Shown one piece after another: positions 49,142 to 57,479 of a stretch of 64,000 nucleotides of DNA (its first letter is position 1; the number at the start of each line of letters is the position of its first letter). The notes below the pieces were generated by a model that did not search any database, was not told the DNA's origin, and saw only the letters and a list, made by a program, of their open reading frames with translations. The position numbers and the translations under genes are program-made. The stretch comes from Candidatus Woesearchaeota archaeon (lineage in GTDB: Archaea; Nanobdellota; Nanobdellia; Pacearchaeales; GW2011-AR1), in NCBI GenBank assembly GCA_964514585.1, contig CAZETU010000001.1, forward strand, positions 50,523 through 114,522. Reading direction: 5' to 3'.

Positions 49142-50764
49142 CTATAAACCACTCATTTTTTTATTACCACTAACACCAGCCTTCACACCAAAATTACTAC
49201 CAACCTTTTTCACACCATCAACCTTCTTAGTATTCAAATTTTTAATATAATTTTGAACAGGGGAAACACCACCTGGACCCACAGGAATATTATTAGTAGG
49301 ATTAGACTCATTAACACCCCTTCTTAAAATCAAAAAATAAAATAAAACCAAAATGATAGCCAAAAAAACAATAATCATAATAACCCAAAAAATCCAATTC
49401 ACAGTCATATCATCTAACTGGCTCTCACTATTATTAACTAAGTCACCACTACCAACCCCATCATTAACAACACTACCATTTAAACCACCCCCAACAGAGG
49501 CATTTTCATTACCAGAAGTATCACTAGCCCCACCACTACTAGACACAGTATCATCCAGAAAAACATAAATAGTATTACTAGACTTCTCATTTTCCCCATC
49601 ACTAGCATAAATCTTAAACTCATCAGACCCATTAAAACTACTCTTCACACCAACACTCATAATAACACCAACAAAACTCACATCTAAATTAACCCCGCCA
49701 GTAATACGAAAACTCAAATCATCCCCATCATTATCATTAAAATACTCACTTAAATCAACCTTTTCAACCCCACCACTAGGAACAAAAACAAACCCAATCT
49801 GCTTAACTAACTTAGGCGCAATATTAATATCACTAATATTCACACTAAAAAGATTAGAAGTAATATTATTAAACAAACTCTCAACCCGAATCCCAAAATC
49901 CCGAGTTCCAGTAAAATTCTCAGCCGGCATAAACAAAACATTATCCCCATCAATATCATAATCAACCCACTCACCACCACTATTATTATTCCCAGTAAAC
50001 GAAAAACTATAACTTAAACTATAGGGTGAGCTAAAATAACTCAAAATATCAAAAGCATTATTCCAATCAGTATTCATACCAAACTCAAAGTCAGGAATTT
50101 CACCCAAAACCACAATCGGCGCGACAAAAGCCCCATCATCAATAGAATAATACCTAATATAATCAATCGTCTCACCCTTGTAAGCCCGAACCTCCAAGCT
50201 CTCATTCCCATTAACTAAAAGATCAACCTCAGAAAACTCAAAATAAGACCCACTATCACTAAAAGAAGGCGACCCAATATCAAAAATTCCAGCAACAGAC
50301 CCAGAACTCAAAATCCGATCATCAATTTCACTATCAAAATTAGATAAAAGACTATCAAAATAAAGAATAGTACTAGATTCAATAAAAGTATCGTGTGAAT
50401 TCACACCATCAACAAGCACCTGAGTCCCATTTAAGTAAAAAACATCAATAAATTTCTCAATCTGTCCAGAATAATCAACTAAATAATTACTAATAGCCCA
50501 AACTTCACCACCCCCATTCGTTTTATACGCAACATAATCAGTGCAATCACCACCACTCTCCTTCAAAATCACAACATCAGAATTATTTTCAAAAAAAACC
50601 GAATCCCAAACAGCTAAAATCTCAGAATCACTACAACCACTAACCTCACTAGGTGTCCAAATAACTTCTCCAGTTAAATTATCTCCTAAAAAACTCCAAC
50701 CAACAAACAAAATCAACAACCCAACAACCCAGGTCGCCAAACCTACACACCTTTTCATTATCAA
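49142..50764 (-). CDS. Cell-surface protein with cadherin/Ig-like repeats and C-terminal TM
   Basis: DLSEYFNDNDGDDLSF and NIAP motifs, N-terminal hydrophobic segment, TM near the C-terminus. Confidence 0.75.
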   Translation of the reverse strand: MIMKRCVGLATWVVGLLILFVGWSFLGDNLTGEVIWTPSEVSGCSDSEILAVWDSVFFENNSDVVILKESGGDCTDYVAYKTNGGGEVWAISNYLVDYSGQIEKFIDVFYLNGTQVLVDGVNSHDTFIESSTILYFDSLLSNFDSEIDDRILSSGSVAGIFDIGSPSFSDSGSYFEFSEVDLLVNGNESLEVRAYKGETIDYIRYYSIDDGAFVAPIVVLGEIPDFEFGMNTDWNNAFDILSYFSSPYSLSYSFSFTGNNNSGGEWVDYDIDGDNVLFMPAENFTGTRDFGIRVESLFNNITSNLFSVNISDINIAPKLVKQIGFVFVPSGGVEKVDLSEYFNDNDGDDLSFRITGGVNLDVSFVGVIMSVGVKSSFNGSDEFKIYASDGENEKSSNTIYVFLDDTVSSSGGASDTSGNENASVGGGLNGSVVNDGVGSGDLVNNSESQLDDMTVNWIFWVIMIIVFLAIILVLFYFLILRRGVNESNPTNNIPVGPGGVSPVQNYIKNLNTKKVDGVKKVGSNFGVKAGVSGNKKMSGL

Positions 50765-50835
50765 TACAACCCAAATCTAAATATAAACCTTTCGAGAAAC
50801 CAAAAACATATAAAACAAATAAACCTAAATCAACT

Positions 50836-51105
50836 ATGCCAAAAATCTCCGAACAAAAAATCGAAAAAATCTCCGAACAAATAATATCACACCTATTTTC
50901 TATATTCCCAAAACAAATTTTTACAGCAGATATAGCAAAAGAACTAGCAAGAGACGAAGAATTCATGAAAAACTTATTATTAGAATTAGAAAAAAAAGAA
51001 TTAGTTATAAAAATAAACAAAAATCCAAAAGGATTCCAATATTCCAGAAGACTTAGGTGGAGAATTTCAAATAAAGCCTATGAAATTTACAAAAAACATC
51101 AATAA
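50836..51105 (+). CDS. Small winged-helix DNA-binding protein
   Basis: FTADIAKELARDEEF...LLELEKKELV wHTH pattern. Confidence 0.65.
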   Translation: MPKISEQKIEKISEQIISHLFSIFPKQIFTADIAKELARDEEFMKNLLLELEKKELVIKINKNPKGFQYSRRLRWRISNKAYEIYKKHQ

Positions 51106-51236
51106 CTCCCAAAAACTATTCTAAAAAATACCCCAACAAACCAACAATTAAAACTACTACTCAAACCCAATACAAAATCTAAAAATATATTTCTCAAGAC
51201 AACTATAATTATAAACCAAGACAACCTATTTTTTAA

Positions 51237-51968
51237 ATGGATCCAATAAAAGAGGCCTTTTCTAAAATAAAAGAAGATATACTCTCTCTAAAAAACGAAA
51301 TCTACAATCTAAAAGAGCAAATATCTAAAATAAACATCCCAACACTCCAACAAACAAACCAACAGACACGTATTCAGACAATTCCAACACATAATCAAAC
51401 ACAGACACCCCAACAAACAGACATCCCAACACATAATTCAGGCATTCCAACACATAATTACCAATTAGAGAGCCCATATAGCCCGAATTTGGATAGTTCC
51501 ATAGGAAATAAAGGGGTTCCAACAAACAAACCAACAAACACACAAACAAACCAACAGACACAATATACACAGGGGAATGCCCCAACACACAAACAAACCA
51601 ACACTTATTCAAACAATCCCAACTCACCCCTTGACTTCAAGCAGGCTAATGAAATTCTGGAGTCATTGGATAATATCAAAAAAGGAATTAGGCTTAAGTT
51701 TAAGCGTCTAACCCCCCAGGAAATGCTTGTTTTTAGCACTTTATACACCCTAGAAGAGCAGAAAATGGACCAAATCACATATAGGGCCATAGCTACAAAA
51801 CTTAATCTCAGCGAGTCTTCTATACGAGATTATACCAATAAACTCATAAAAAAGGGCATTCCTATCGAAAAAATCAGGCAGAACAATAAAATAATCATTT
51901 TAAAAACTTCACAAGATCTAAAAAATGTAGCTACTTTAGGTACAATTCATCAATTAAGAGAATTATAG
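51237..51968 (+). CDS. Coiled coil + Q/T-rich linker + C-terminal winged-helix protein
   Basis: LTPQEMLVF...ITYRAIATKLNLSESSIRDYTNKLIKKG. Confidence 0.75.
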   Translation: MDPIKEAFSKIKEDILSLKNEIYNLKEQISKINIPTLQQTNQQTRIQTIPTHNQTQTPQQTDIPTHNSGIPTHNYQLESPYSPNLDSSIGNKGVPTNKPTNTQTNQQTQYTQGNAPTHKQTNTYSNNPNSPLDFKQANEILESLDNIKKGIRLKFKRLTPQEMLVFSTLYTLEEQKMDQITYRAIATKLNLSESSIRDYTNKLIKKGIPIEKIRQNNKIIILKTSQDLKNVATLGTIHQLREL

Positions 51969-51999
51969 GGCCAATTTATAGCAATTTTGGCCCTATAAT
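51962..51999. terminator. 13-bp perfect inverted repeat overlapping the stop codon
   Basis: ATTATAGGGCCAA-N12-TTGGCCCTATAAT; terminator or protein-binding role is unproven. Confidence 0.45.
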
Positions 52000-52028
52000 C
52001 CGAGATGTTACTTTTTAAGAGAATATGA

Positions 52029-52325
52029 TTTTATCGTCGACGAATTTCAATTTTATCTAAATTTTTAGTAAACTTTTTACTTCCAATTTTTCAAAATATC
52101 AAGATATTCGTTTAAACGAATATTAATTTATGTCTAACTACTCACTTTTTCTCTGAATTTTTACTCTTTACTGACCCTAAATCTTCATCATTTAGGTATG
52201 TCATTTTTTTCTATTATTTAACTCACCTTTTCGTCCAAAACACCTAGTTTCTTAGCTTTGTCTCACTTTTCGTCCAAAAAAGCTGTTTTTTTGACCAAAA
52301 AACTAACATCCTAACTCTCACTTTT
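52029..52325. repeat. Non-coding motif array (left copy)
   Basis: CTCAC(T/C)TTTT-type x4, ATGTCATTTTTT, CTAACTCTCACTTTT, TTTTATCGTCG, and a 20-bp palindrome at 52104-52123. Confidence 0.65.
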
Positions 52326-52923
52326 CGCGTTTTGACCGTTTTATCTTAACCTTTACACTCTTAATTACCATGTTTTTAACATTTTCAGGCACAAATAGCC
52401 TCTTTTTACCGTTTACTTCCCTAGATTCCTCTATTAGCCCCCCATTTTTTTGTTTTATAGTGTTAATCTGACCTCTAATAGTGCTCTTATCCTTCCCTAG
52501 AAGAGCGGCAAGATCCTCATAACTCAATTTCATATCAGAATTCAATAAAGCCCACACAATAGCCCTCTCCATCACTGTAAGGTTCTTTAAAACGTCTGTT
52601 TGAACATCCGTTTGCCCACCTGTTTGGACATCAGCAGCCATTGTTTGTTTTGCCGCACTCGTTTGTGGTTGTTTGGACATAGCAGCCGAAGCCTGTGGCC
52701 CAAAGAAAGAAACAAAATCTTTTAGCTCCATAAGATCCTCATGAATAGTCAAAAGTTGATCTTTTATATTAGTAATTTCATCCTCATGAGAACCATGTTT
52801 ATCGTCGAGATGCTTAATCCATTCCCCAACTTTATTAAAATCTTTCTTGACATGATTAAAAGAATCTTGAACCTCTTCTCTTAACTTTTCAACCCTCTTT
52901 TTATGTCTAAATAAGCCCAACAT
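52318..52923 (-). CDS. Coiled coil + Q/T-rich linker + C-terminal winged-helix protein
   Basis: Likely start MLGLF at 52923; LTVMERAIV...LSYEDLAALLGKDKSTIRGQINTIKQK. Confidence 0.75.
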   Translation of the reverse strand: MLGLFRHKKRVEKLREEVQDSFNHVKKDFNKVGEWIKHLDDKHGSHEDEITNIKDQLLTIHEDLMELKDFVSFFGPQASAAMSKQPQTSAAKQTMAADVQTGGQTDVQTDVLKNLTVMERAIVWALLNSDMKLSYEDLAALLGKDKSTIRGQINTIKQKNGGLIEESREVNGKKRLFVPENVKNMVIKSVKVKIKRSKREK

Positions 52924-53255
52924 CTTACTGTTTCTTAAACAACATTCTTTATAAATGTTTCGTGCTGTTTGAACAACCACTCCCCCAAAACACCCATTTA
53001 AACACCAAAACACCCCTTTGCCCAATTAAAAAACACCCATCGTCCAATCCTTAAACATTAACTTTTATCGACGGCAACAACACTTAAACACCCACTTAAA
53101 CACTAAATAAATTAAACATAAATTTAAACAGCCGTTTAGGGCCCGTTTGAACAACTTTAAGCATCGATCCCGTCCAAACACCCAGTAAAATCCAATCCAA
53201 TTCGCGCCCAATTCAAGGCCAAAAAAGTTATAAACTTCAAAACCATCGTTTAAAC

Positions 53256-53549
53256 ATGCAGTTAAAAAAAAAGTTGATATACTCGGCAATCGCCGCTTCA
53301 GCGGCGCTAATCACATCAATTTTGATCCCCATCGTGCCATGTAGGCTTGCCCCAGCTGTCCCAAACCCAACATACAAATGGACCCTCTGCTCTCTTAATC
53401 CAGACATTCAAACTTACTCCAATTCAATCAAAGAATTCTTCGGCTACACTTCTTCATTAACTGACTCATATTTCATAGTTCTCCTATTAGCATTTGGAAT
53501 AGCAATGGCATTTTTCCACTACACGACAAGGAGAAAAAAAGACAAATAA
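53256..53549 (+). CDS. Small membrane protein
   Basis: Two TM segments, two Cys in the loop. Confidence 0.6.
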   Translation: MQLKKKLIYSAIAASAALITSILIPIVPCRLAPAVPNPTYKWTLCSLNPDIQTYSNSIKEFFGYTSSLTDSYFIVLLLAFGIAMAFFHYTTRRKKDK

Positions 53550-53558
53550 GGAGGCAAA

Positions 53559-53750
53559 ATGGAAGATAATAGCTTAATAGGAATCTTAGTTTGGATTGTT
53601 GGAATCTTAGTTTCTCTTGCGGTCGGCGCAGGCATGATTGACAAAACATTAACAGTTCCCGCAATCCCAGAAATCATCACAATTGGCGCAGGCTGGGTGG
53701 TTGTAGTGGGTTCAATTATCAGCGTAATCTTAACGATTTTCAAAAAATAA
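53559..53750 (+). CDS. Small two-TM membrane protein
   Basis: GGAGG upstream; 63 aa. Confidence 0.7.
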   Translation: MEDNSLIGILVWIVGILVSLAVGAGMIDKTLTVPAIPEIITIGAGWVVVVGSIISVILTIFKK

Positions 53751-53822
53751 ACCTTCTTTTTTATCCAAATGTTTGTTGGATATAATCCTTCTTTTGGCCC
53801 CAAATTTCAATAAAAAATCAGC

Positions 53823-53862
53823 ATTATTCACAAAGCACACCTAAGTGCACAACCGCCAAGCA
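53823..53862 (+). repeat. 40-bp perfect direct repeat, copy 1
   Basis: ATTATTCACAAAGCACACCTAAGTGCACAACCGCCAAGCA, identical at 54160-54199. Confidence 0.9.
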
Positions 53863-53892
53863 CCGAGACAGATTTTAGCAAAAACACCGTCC

Positions 53893-54120
53893 TTAAAAAT
53901 CACCTTTATATGGGGCAGCAGCATCGTCTCTTAGAGACAAAATAAGCGCAACCATCAGCAAAACAAAACCAGGAAACCCAAAAACCAAAGTGTTTCCCAT
54001 GGCCTCACTAAAAGTAATCTCAGACGAACTACTAACAAGAGGCATGCTAATCATCGACAAAGTTATACCAAGAACCCAACCAATACCGACGCTAAGTGTC
54101 ACAATCAGCCCTCTTTTCAT
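53893..54120 (-). CDS. Small two-TM membrane protein between the 40-bp repeats
   Basis: 75 aa hydrophobic ORF. Confidence 0.6.
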   Translation of the reverse strand: MKRGLIVTLSVGIGWVLGITLSMISMPLVSSSSEITFSEAMGNTLVFGFPGFVLLMVALILSLRDDAAAPYKGDF

Positions 54121-54159
54121 TCAACCTAAAGACAACAATAGTTTTTATACTTATCCAAT

Positions 54160-54199
54160 ATTATTCACAAAGCACACCTAAGTGCACAACCGCCAAGCA
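54160..54199 (+). repeat. 40-bp perfect direct repeat, copy 2
   Basis: Identical to 53823-53862. Confidence 0.9.
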
Positions 54200-54263
54200 A
54201 GGACAAAATCATCAAGCACACGACCACCAAAATCCTTAAAAATTTACACCCCAACTAACCAAA

Positions 54264-54503
54264 ATGACACCCGAAAATAAATGTTACAAAGAATGTTATT
54301 ACAGACGCCGCCACGACAAATTCTCCGAAGATGTTTGCGTATATGGAAGAATCCCCATTCCTTCTCCATTCGCGGGTAAAATCTGTCTCTACTATCAAGA
54401 TGAACAAGGCAAACCTCCAACCTTTCTAAAGCTTCATGTTCCAAGCTCATCCGAAACACCGCCCCACACTAAAAATCTTATTGAAACCATCAACGCCATT
54501 TAA
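54264..54503 (+). CDS. Small Cys-containing hypothetical protein
   Basis: CYKEC...C...C pattern. Confidence 0.5.
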   Translation: MTPENKCYKECYYRRRHDKFSEDVCVYGRIPIPSPFAGKICLYYQDEQGKPPTFLKLHVPSSSETPPHTKNLIETINAI

Positions 54504-54504
54504 T

Positions 54505-54704
54505 AGTTCGCACAATCCACAATTTACCCTCAATAACCGCAAAAGTTCGCCCCAGCAGATTGTACGATCTTGAAAAGTTTGTATAATCTGCGCGTATTGT
54601 GCGCTCTTTCTACAAAAGTTCGCACAATACAGATTGTATGACGTTCTTCCATTACAAAACGAACGGAATTAGCCCGTTTGCACAAACTTTTTAATATGCG
54701 AACG
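54505..54704. repeat. Cluster of dif/XerC-arm-like sites
   Basis: AGTTCGCACAA at 54505 and 54617; best full site AGTTCGCACAA-TACAGA-TTGTATGACGT (54617-54644, 11-6-11); variants at 54544, 54576 and 54675. Confidence 0.6.
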
Positions 54705-54718
54705 TCTTCAAAACGAAC

Positions 54719-55201
54719 ATGATAAAAAAGTGCGTCAATTGTGCAGAAGAGAAAGAACATCACGCCAAAGGCCTCTGTTACACCTGTTACAAAAAGCTCA
54801 AATGGCAACCAAAATTTGCCACATGCAAACGATGCAAACGAAAGATGCCCCTCCACGCCAAAGGCCTCTGCGCCGGCTGCTACAACTACATCTTCCACCT
54901 AGACAAAAATAAAGCCTACAACCAACGAAAATCAAACAACGTCGACCTCAAAACCTTCAGAAAAGTCACCAAAGAATGCGCCATCTGCGGCTTCGACAAA
55001 ATCGTAGATCTCCACCATATCGACAAAAATAAACAAAACAAATCCCCAAAAAACCTAATCGGCCTCTGTCCAAATCACCACAGGATGATCAACAACTTCA
55101 ACTTCCGAAACGAAATCTTCCAATCTCTAAAAGAAAAAGGCTACGACCTCCCCATCGACGAGAAATTAACCTTCCACAAAACCACTTCACCCCAAAACTA
55201 G
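54719..55201 (+). CDS. HNH endonuclease-like protein with N-terminal Zn-finger repeats
   Basis: HAKGLC..CY twice; CAICG...DLHHID.N..N..P.NL..LCPNHH. Confidence 0.8.
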   Translation: MIKKCVNCAEEKEHHAKGLCYTCYKKLKWQPKFATCKRCKRKMPLHAKGLCAGCYNYIFHLDKNKAYNQRKSNNVDLKTFRKVTKECAICGFDKIVDLHHIDKNKQNKSPKNLIGLCPNHHRMINNFNFRNEIFQSLKEKGYDLPIDEKLTFHKTTSPQN

Positions 55202-55444
55202 AATCCACCCCCAACAAATTTTAACCACCCCCCAACAAATTTTTCACCCCAATCCCAACACTTTACTCGTTTTCAAATAAAAAATCAATTCTAGGCCCCT
55301 CAAAACGCGAAATCCCCCAAAATCCCCTCACTTCCAAAAATCTAAAAATCCATTTTGTCAAAAATTTCCACAAAAATCAAACAAAATCCAAAAATCCATC
55401 AAAATAGTTCGCACAACCCCCAAAAATAAAATTTTTTTAAGTGA

Positions 55445-55586
55445 AAAAGTGAGAGTTAGCAAAAATAAAAAATGACATTTTTAACAAGAAAAGTGAGCTT
55501 CAAAAAACAGATCAAAAAAACAAGGGTTTTAGTAGTAAAGTGAGTATCAAATTTAAGCACAAAATTCCATTTTACCGTCGATAAAA
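55445..55586. repeat. Non-coding motif array (right copy, inverted relative to 52029-52325)
   Basis: AAAAGTGAGAGTTAG (55445-59), AAAAAATGACAT (55467-78), AAAGTGAG twice more, TTTTACCGTCGATAAAA (55570-86). Confidence 0.65.
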
Positions 55587-55984
55587 CCAATTTTTACACA
55601 CAGTGTCGTCATTCTAAAGTTCGCACAATCCACAAGCTCCTCTAAACATAACCCAACCAATTTACACACAAAACCCACACAAATAAACTAAAACTAAAAC
55701 TAATCGTTAAACCGAATATCGAAAATTCCCAAAACCTTACTTACAACTTCATCCCCAAAAGAAAAGCATCAAAATCATCAAAATCAATTTCACCATTATT
55801 AACATATTCCCTAAACACTTCCCGAACGCCGTCCTCTTGCCCAGGCTCATAACCAAAAACAAACTCCTCCCCGCCCTTATACAAAGTAAGACTCCTTCTC
55901 ATAAATCCCCCAAAAAACCAACTCTTTTAAATTTTCCCAATCACACACAAAACTCTAAATACCAACCAACCCTCAAAATCCCGA

Positions 55985-55995
55985 GGTGCGCACAA
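55985..55995 (+). promoter_or_regulatory. XerC-arm-like half-site just upstream of the xer start
   Basis: GGTGCGCACAA, 10/11 identical to the E. coli dif XerC arm GGTGCGCATAA; further AGTTCGCACAA copies at 55406 and 55618. Confidence 0.5.
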
Positions 55996-56008
55996 TCCAG
56001 TGCAAAAT

Positions 56009-56827
56009 ATGGAAAAAGAAGAATTTCTAAAAAAACTAGAGGTAGAATTGAAAATTTCAAAGAACTCAAATTACACCGTTCGTAACTACGTCCAAGCAAA
56101 CCAAACCCTAATCAATTCCTCAAACAAATCCCCAGACGAACTAACAACCGACGACGTCAAACTCTACATGTCCGAAAACCTAACCGACCGCGCCGCAACC
56201 TCAATCATCCTCTTCCTAGCCGCAATCAAATATGCCCACTCTAACATCCTAAACCAAGACATCACCGCCTCAATCAAACGTCCCAAAAAAGAAAAACGCC
56301 TCCCAATAACATTATCAAAAGAAGAAGTAAAAAAACTCCTAGACAACCTCCACACCCAAAAATCAAAACTAATGATCAGCCTAATGTACGCCTGCGGATT
56401 CCGAGTCTCCGAGCTAGTCAATCTAAAAATACAAAACCTAAACTTCCAAGAAAAAATCGGCCACATCCGCCAAGCCAAAGGAAACAAAGACAGAATCTTC
56501 AATATCCCAGACTTCCTAATAGACGACCTCCAAGACCACATCAAAAAACAAGGAAACGAAGAATTCGTCTTTACAGGAAAATCAAAAAACCTCTCAACCA
56601 GAAACCTCCAAAAAATCGTTTCATCCGCCGCCAAAAGAGCAGGTCTCCAAAACATCCACTGTCACACCCTCCGCCACTCATTCGCAACCCACCTCCTAGA
56701 AGACGGCGTCGACATCAGAAAAATCCAAGAACTCCTAGGCCACGCCGATCTCTCAACAACCCAAATCTACACCCACGTCTCCACTGAAGAACTCAAAAAA
56801 ATCAAAAGTCCAATAGATTCACTCTAA
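56009..56827 (+). CDS. xerA: Xer-family tyrosine recombinase
   Basis: Catalytic R (RVSE), K (KGNK), HxxR (HTLRH), H (LGH) and Y (TQIY) all present; no IntI-specific insertion. Confidence 0.9.
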   Translation: MEKEEFLKKLEVELKISKNSNYTVRNYVQANQTLINSSNKSPDELTTDDVKLYMSENLTDRAATSIILFLAAIKYAHSNILNQDITASIKRPKKEKRLPITLSKEEVKKLLDNLHTQKSKLMISLMYACGFRVSELVNLKIQNLNFQEKIGHIRQAKGNKDRIFNIPDFLIDDLQDHIKKQGNEEFVFTGKSKNLSTRNLQKIVSSAAKRAGLQNIHCHTLRHSFATHLLEDGVDIRKIQELLGHADLSTTQIYTHVSTEELKKIKSPIDSL

Positions 56828-56839
56828 ATAATTAACTTA

Positions 56840-57271
56840 TTATTTTTTATGTAACATATATATCCAAATTATAAAAATAAAAAATAAAATTCCAGTAAAA
56901 TAAAAAATAGATTTTAAATTTCTAGTTGCAGATAAAAATATGGGCGCGTTATAATAAATAGATCGAATGCGCTCATCTTCAATTAACTCTAAAAATATTT
57001 TTTTATTTACTTTCGCAGAAAACTTACTTTTTGAAATATTTCTAGTCACAATATCAACAACATTTTTCTCAAGCAATTCCAAAATCAAATTATCATGGTC
57101 AGTCTCATTATTAAGATAAATTATTAAATTAACACGTTTGTTAAAAATTCCATATTCATCCAAGACTCTCTTTTCGTAAATTACTCCAACATCACTTACA
57201 AATAAATTGGCGCTGACAAAATTTATCATCAACCCAAAAATTAAAATTAAAATTAAAATATTGATTTTCAT
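56840..57271 (-). CDS. Secreted, C-terminally anchored small protein
   Basis: Signal peptide, about 90-aa alpha/beta domain, C-terminal TM. Confidence 0.6.
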   Translation of the reverse strand: MKINILILILIFGLMINFVSANLFVSDVGVIYEKRVLDEYGIFNKRVNLIIYLNNETDHDNLILELLEKNVVDIVTRNISKSKFSAKVNKKIFLELIEDERIRSIYYNAPIFLSATRNLKSIFYFTGILFFIFIIWIYMLHKK

Positions 57272-57318
57272 GCATATCTAAAACATAATAGAAATTAATA
57301 CTTATCTATTTCCTTCTC

Positions 57319-57479
57319 CATGAGAAGACGTGCGCGTTGAAAACGCCACGGCTTATTATGGAAGTAACCTAGCCCAACCCCAAAAATCAAAACGGCGCAA
57401 TTCACTTGCGCAGGCTTTGGAATCTAATCCTTTGCAGAGGATTCCCTAACGATTTTTTCACCAGAAAAAATGTTAACTA
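57319..57479 (+). ncRNA. Structured five-hairpin element, copy 2 (unknown family)
   Basis: Loops GAA, ATGG, TTCAC, TGCA, ACCA; stems covary with copy 1 at 10261-10419. Confidence 0.7.

Noticed and set aside
51340-51600. Short DNA repeats (CCAACACATAAT, ACAAACAAACCAACAGACAC)
   Set aside because: They encode the PTHN/QTNQQT low-complexity linker of the wHTH protein.
53823-54199. CRISPR array
   Set aside because: Only two repeats, a 297-bp gene-containing spacer and no cas genes; no CRISPR array found anywhere in the window.
55205-55260. Imperfect tandem CCACCCCCAACAAATTTT repeats
   Set aside because: Two and a half degenerate copies in low-complexity C/A-rich DNA; no function can be supported.
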